Of a stretch of DNA of 64,000 bases, positions 61,571 through 64,000 are shown piece after piece. Numbering within the stretch: the stretch's first letter is position 1; each line of letters opens with the position of its first letter. The stretch is from the human T2T-CHM13v2.0 reference genome, Homo sapiens. The stretch is taken from NCBI RefSeq assembly GCF_009914755.1, contig NC_060926.1; one strand, 5' to 3'. Position numbers and translations under genes: made by a program. The notes beneath the pieces were generated by a model, which searched no databases, was not told the origin of the DNA, and saw only the letters and a program-made list of their open reading frames with translations.

Positions 61571-63193
61571 TGTTCCAGCTCCCTTGGAGGCTACGAAGAA
61601 AAGGGCGGTCCTTCCACCCGATCCGGCTGTTCTGCGACCTCGTGGCCTCTGAGTGGGAGCTCGGACTCAGGAGTGCTGTTGCCAGCGCCTGCCCAGACGC
61701 CCTCCGTAGTTTTGCAACTTGTGGAAGCACTCTGGAGAGAGGCCGAGAGGATTCCTCGACAGGAAATTTGGGAATTCTCTGGGTGATGCATCAGTGATTG
61801 CAATTTTGTTTTTACCCGTTTTGCTAAGCAGCAGCAACAACGGCAGAGTTGATTTAAAAAAAGAAAAAACGCAAAAAGGGAAAACACATAGTAGGTGGTG
61901 GCCGCTTCCTGTGTTGATACTGGGGGGCTACGCTTTTCCTAACATCAATCATCTCGTAGTTGCAGAGAGCCCTAGATGTCATGATAGTTTTGAATCGCAT
62001 GCATTATCATGTAAGGGAGTTAAATATCTTGCATGCATGCTCTCTTCTGTGTTTATATATTCGATGCCATGAAATTGAAGGGCATGTGGCTAAAACCTTT
62101 TTACTACATGAAACTTTACAACACTTTTGAAAACATTTCAATTTGGTTGATGCGCACTGTAATATTTCTCCAGATAACTGTCCAAAATTTTCCATGGAGA
62201 AGGCTTTTATCCTCATTAGTTGCTGGCCTCAAACTAACCATCTAGGATATTAAACTTCTGCCAGAATTTTACATCCAGCTACCTTTACTTTTTAGAACGT
62301 ATTCTCTATCATGTTATTGATATCAATTTCTACTTCACACAGATGGTTTTTTACAACAGCAAATCAAGTTTTTCTAACATCAGTTTTAAAAAGCCCTGCA
62401 CTCAGTGAAATCTGGATGTCTTTCCTACGCCCTTATTATCTGTCCAGACTTCTTCCCCTTCCCCCACCGCTCACCTGGGCCTTTTCCTCTGCACAACCTA
62501 CCCCAGTTCCCCAACCCCCACCTCAACCCCCAACGCCGTGTTGGTCACCTTCCCAGCCCAGACCAGGAGCCCTCTTGGACCTCTGCCGGGTGCTAAGGAC
62601 ACAGGATGAGAGCGCCAGGTCCCTGCCAGCAGAGAGCTCACCACCTTGTCCATGCCTTAGCACAGGAACCCCGAATGGCGCCTGTGGGGACACAGGGAAT
62701 CTCTGGACAAACTTCAAAATCAAATCAATGAATGCATGAAGAACAAAGGTAGATGGCTAGCAGATATGAAGAAACCCAATCCCACTCCTAAGAAATGTAA
62801 ATTGAAATAATAAGATACCATTTTTCACAACTAGATCTGCAAAACCAGAAAGTGTTAGCCTGAATGTAAGCATCAGAGTTGCTGCAAGCATAGATGGATG
62901 CAAATACTTCTAAAGATTTTTATCAAAATGTAAAGTGCAAAAAAATGTAAAATGCACATATTCTTAGTCTCAGCAATTCTACTTTTAGAACTGAACTTGA
63001 AGTTATAGTGCGCAAATGGCACTAAGATATTGTATAGAAATTTTAGTTGTACATTGCTTGAAATACAGGTAGTAATAATTTTTTTATAAACTGGGATCCA
63101 CCTAGTTTATCATTGGATGGAGCTATTTGTTATACGGCTGATGATATATCAGTAAGGCACAAGGCTATGAAGATTTTAAAACAGAATGAGGTA

Positions 63194-63485
63194 GGGGGAA
63201 GTGGCTCCCGCCTGTATTCCCAGAACTTTGGGAGGCCAAGGTGGGCGGATCATTTTGAGCTCAGGAATTCAAGACCAGCTTGAGCAACATGGTGAAACCC
63301 GTCTGTACTAAAAATACAAAAATTAGCCGGGCGTGGTGGCACACACCTGTAATCTCAGCTACTCGGGAGGCTGAGGCTAGAGAATCGCTTGAACCCGGGA
63401 GGCAGAGTGAGCCAAGATCACACCACTGCACTCCAGCCTGGGCGAGAGAACAAGACTCTATCTCAAGAAGGAAAAAAAAAAAAAA
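63194..63485 (+). mobile_element. AluS/J upstream of RBM43
   Basis: Alu consensus with TSD 'aaacag(a/c)atgaggtag'. Confidence 0.9.
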
Positions 63486-64000
63486 CAGCATGAGGTAGAT
63501 CTGTATGTAATTCCCCAATTTATATTTTATCTCCAGATTTATATATCTAAGTGCCCACTTGAATGTCAAACAAGCATCTGAAATTTAACAAGTAGAACTC
63601 CAGAGCAAGACTCTGTCTCAAGAAAAAAAAAAAAAAACAGAATGAGGTACATCTGTATGTAATTCCCCAATTTATATTTTATCTCCAGATTTTATATATC
63701 TAAGTGCCTACTTGAATGTCAAACAAGCATCTGAATTTAACAAGGAGAACCCTTCTTCTCCCCTTCTTAATTCCCTCTCAAGAATTGGCAGCACTGTCTA
63801 CCCATGAGCTCAAGCTCATGACCCAGTTCTTGATTTCTCTTTTCCTCATCCTTCTTAGTATACCCCAACAATGGGCCTTCCAGAGGGACCCAGTATCAGT
63901 CCCTCTTTCCAGCTGCATCCCTACCATCCTCATCCAGTCTCCATCCTCTCTAGCTCCTCAGTCCATTCTTGCTACCATACCCAGAAGGATCTTTTTAAAA

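Larger units (their letters stand above)
61070..61760. promoter_or_regulatory. CpG island / RBM43 promoter and first exon
   Basis: Sharp rise in GC and CpG content around the start codon. It is the only non-Alu CpG-rich block in the window. Confidence 0.9.

Noticed and set aside
61046-62072. Overlapping 80-150 aa ORFs on both strands at the promoter
   Set aside because: Expected from stop-codon scarcity in a CpG island. Low-complexity R/G/P/A composition and no recognisable domain.

Overview
Primate, almost certainly human, genomic DNA dense in Alu, L1, ERV/MaLR LTR and DNA-transposon repeats. It contains one protein-coding gene, RBM43, on the minus strand: a CpG-island first exon holding only the ATG, three further coding exons, 357 codons in total. 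Its probable 3' UTR runs through an inverted Alu pair into an ERV1 provirus remnant. The first ~46 kb is repeat-rich intergenic sequence, and nearly all track ORFs are Alu, L1 or GC-content artefacts. I found no novel multi-gene system. The most unusual signals are: (1) several complex templated-insertion and fold-back scars that copy DNA from about 1-1.8 kb away (2.7, 17.7 and 41.5-42.7 kb) plus a tailless Alu patch (26.8 kb); (2) a tailless, TSD-flanked retrocopy of the 5' exon of tRNA-Ile(UAU); (3) RBM43 RNA-processing features: a probable GC-AG first intron, a poly(A) choice that includes or excludes an inverted Alu pair, and an in-frame exon 2-3 cassette flanked by inverted Alus. Repeat names come from recalled consensus sequences and their boundaries are approximate.
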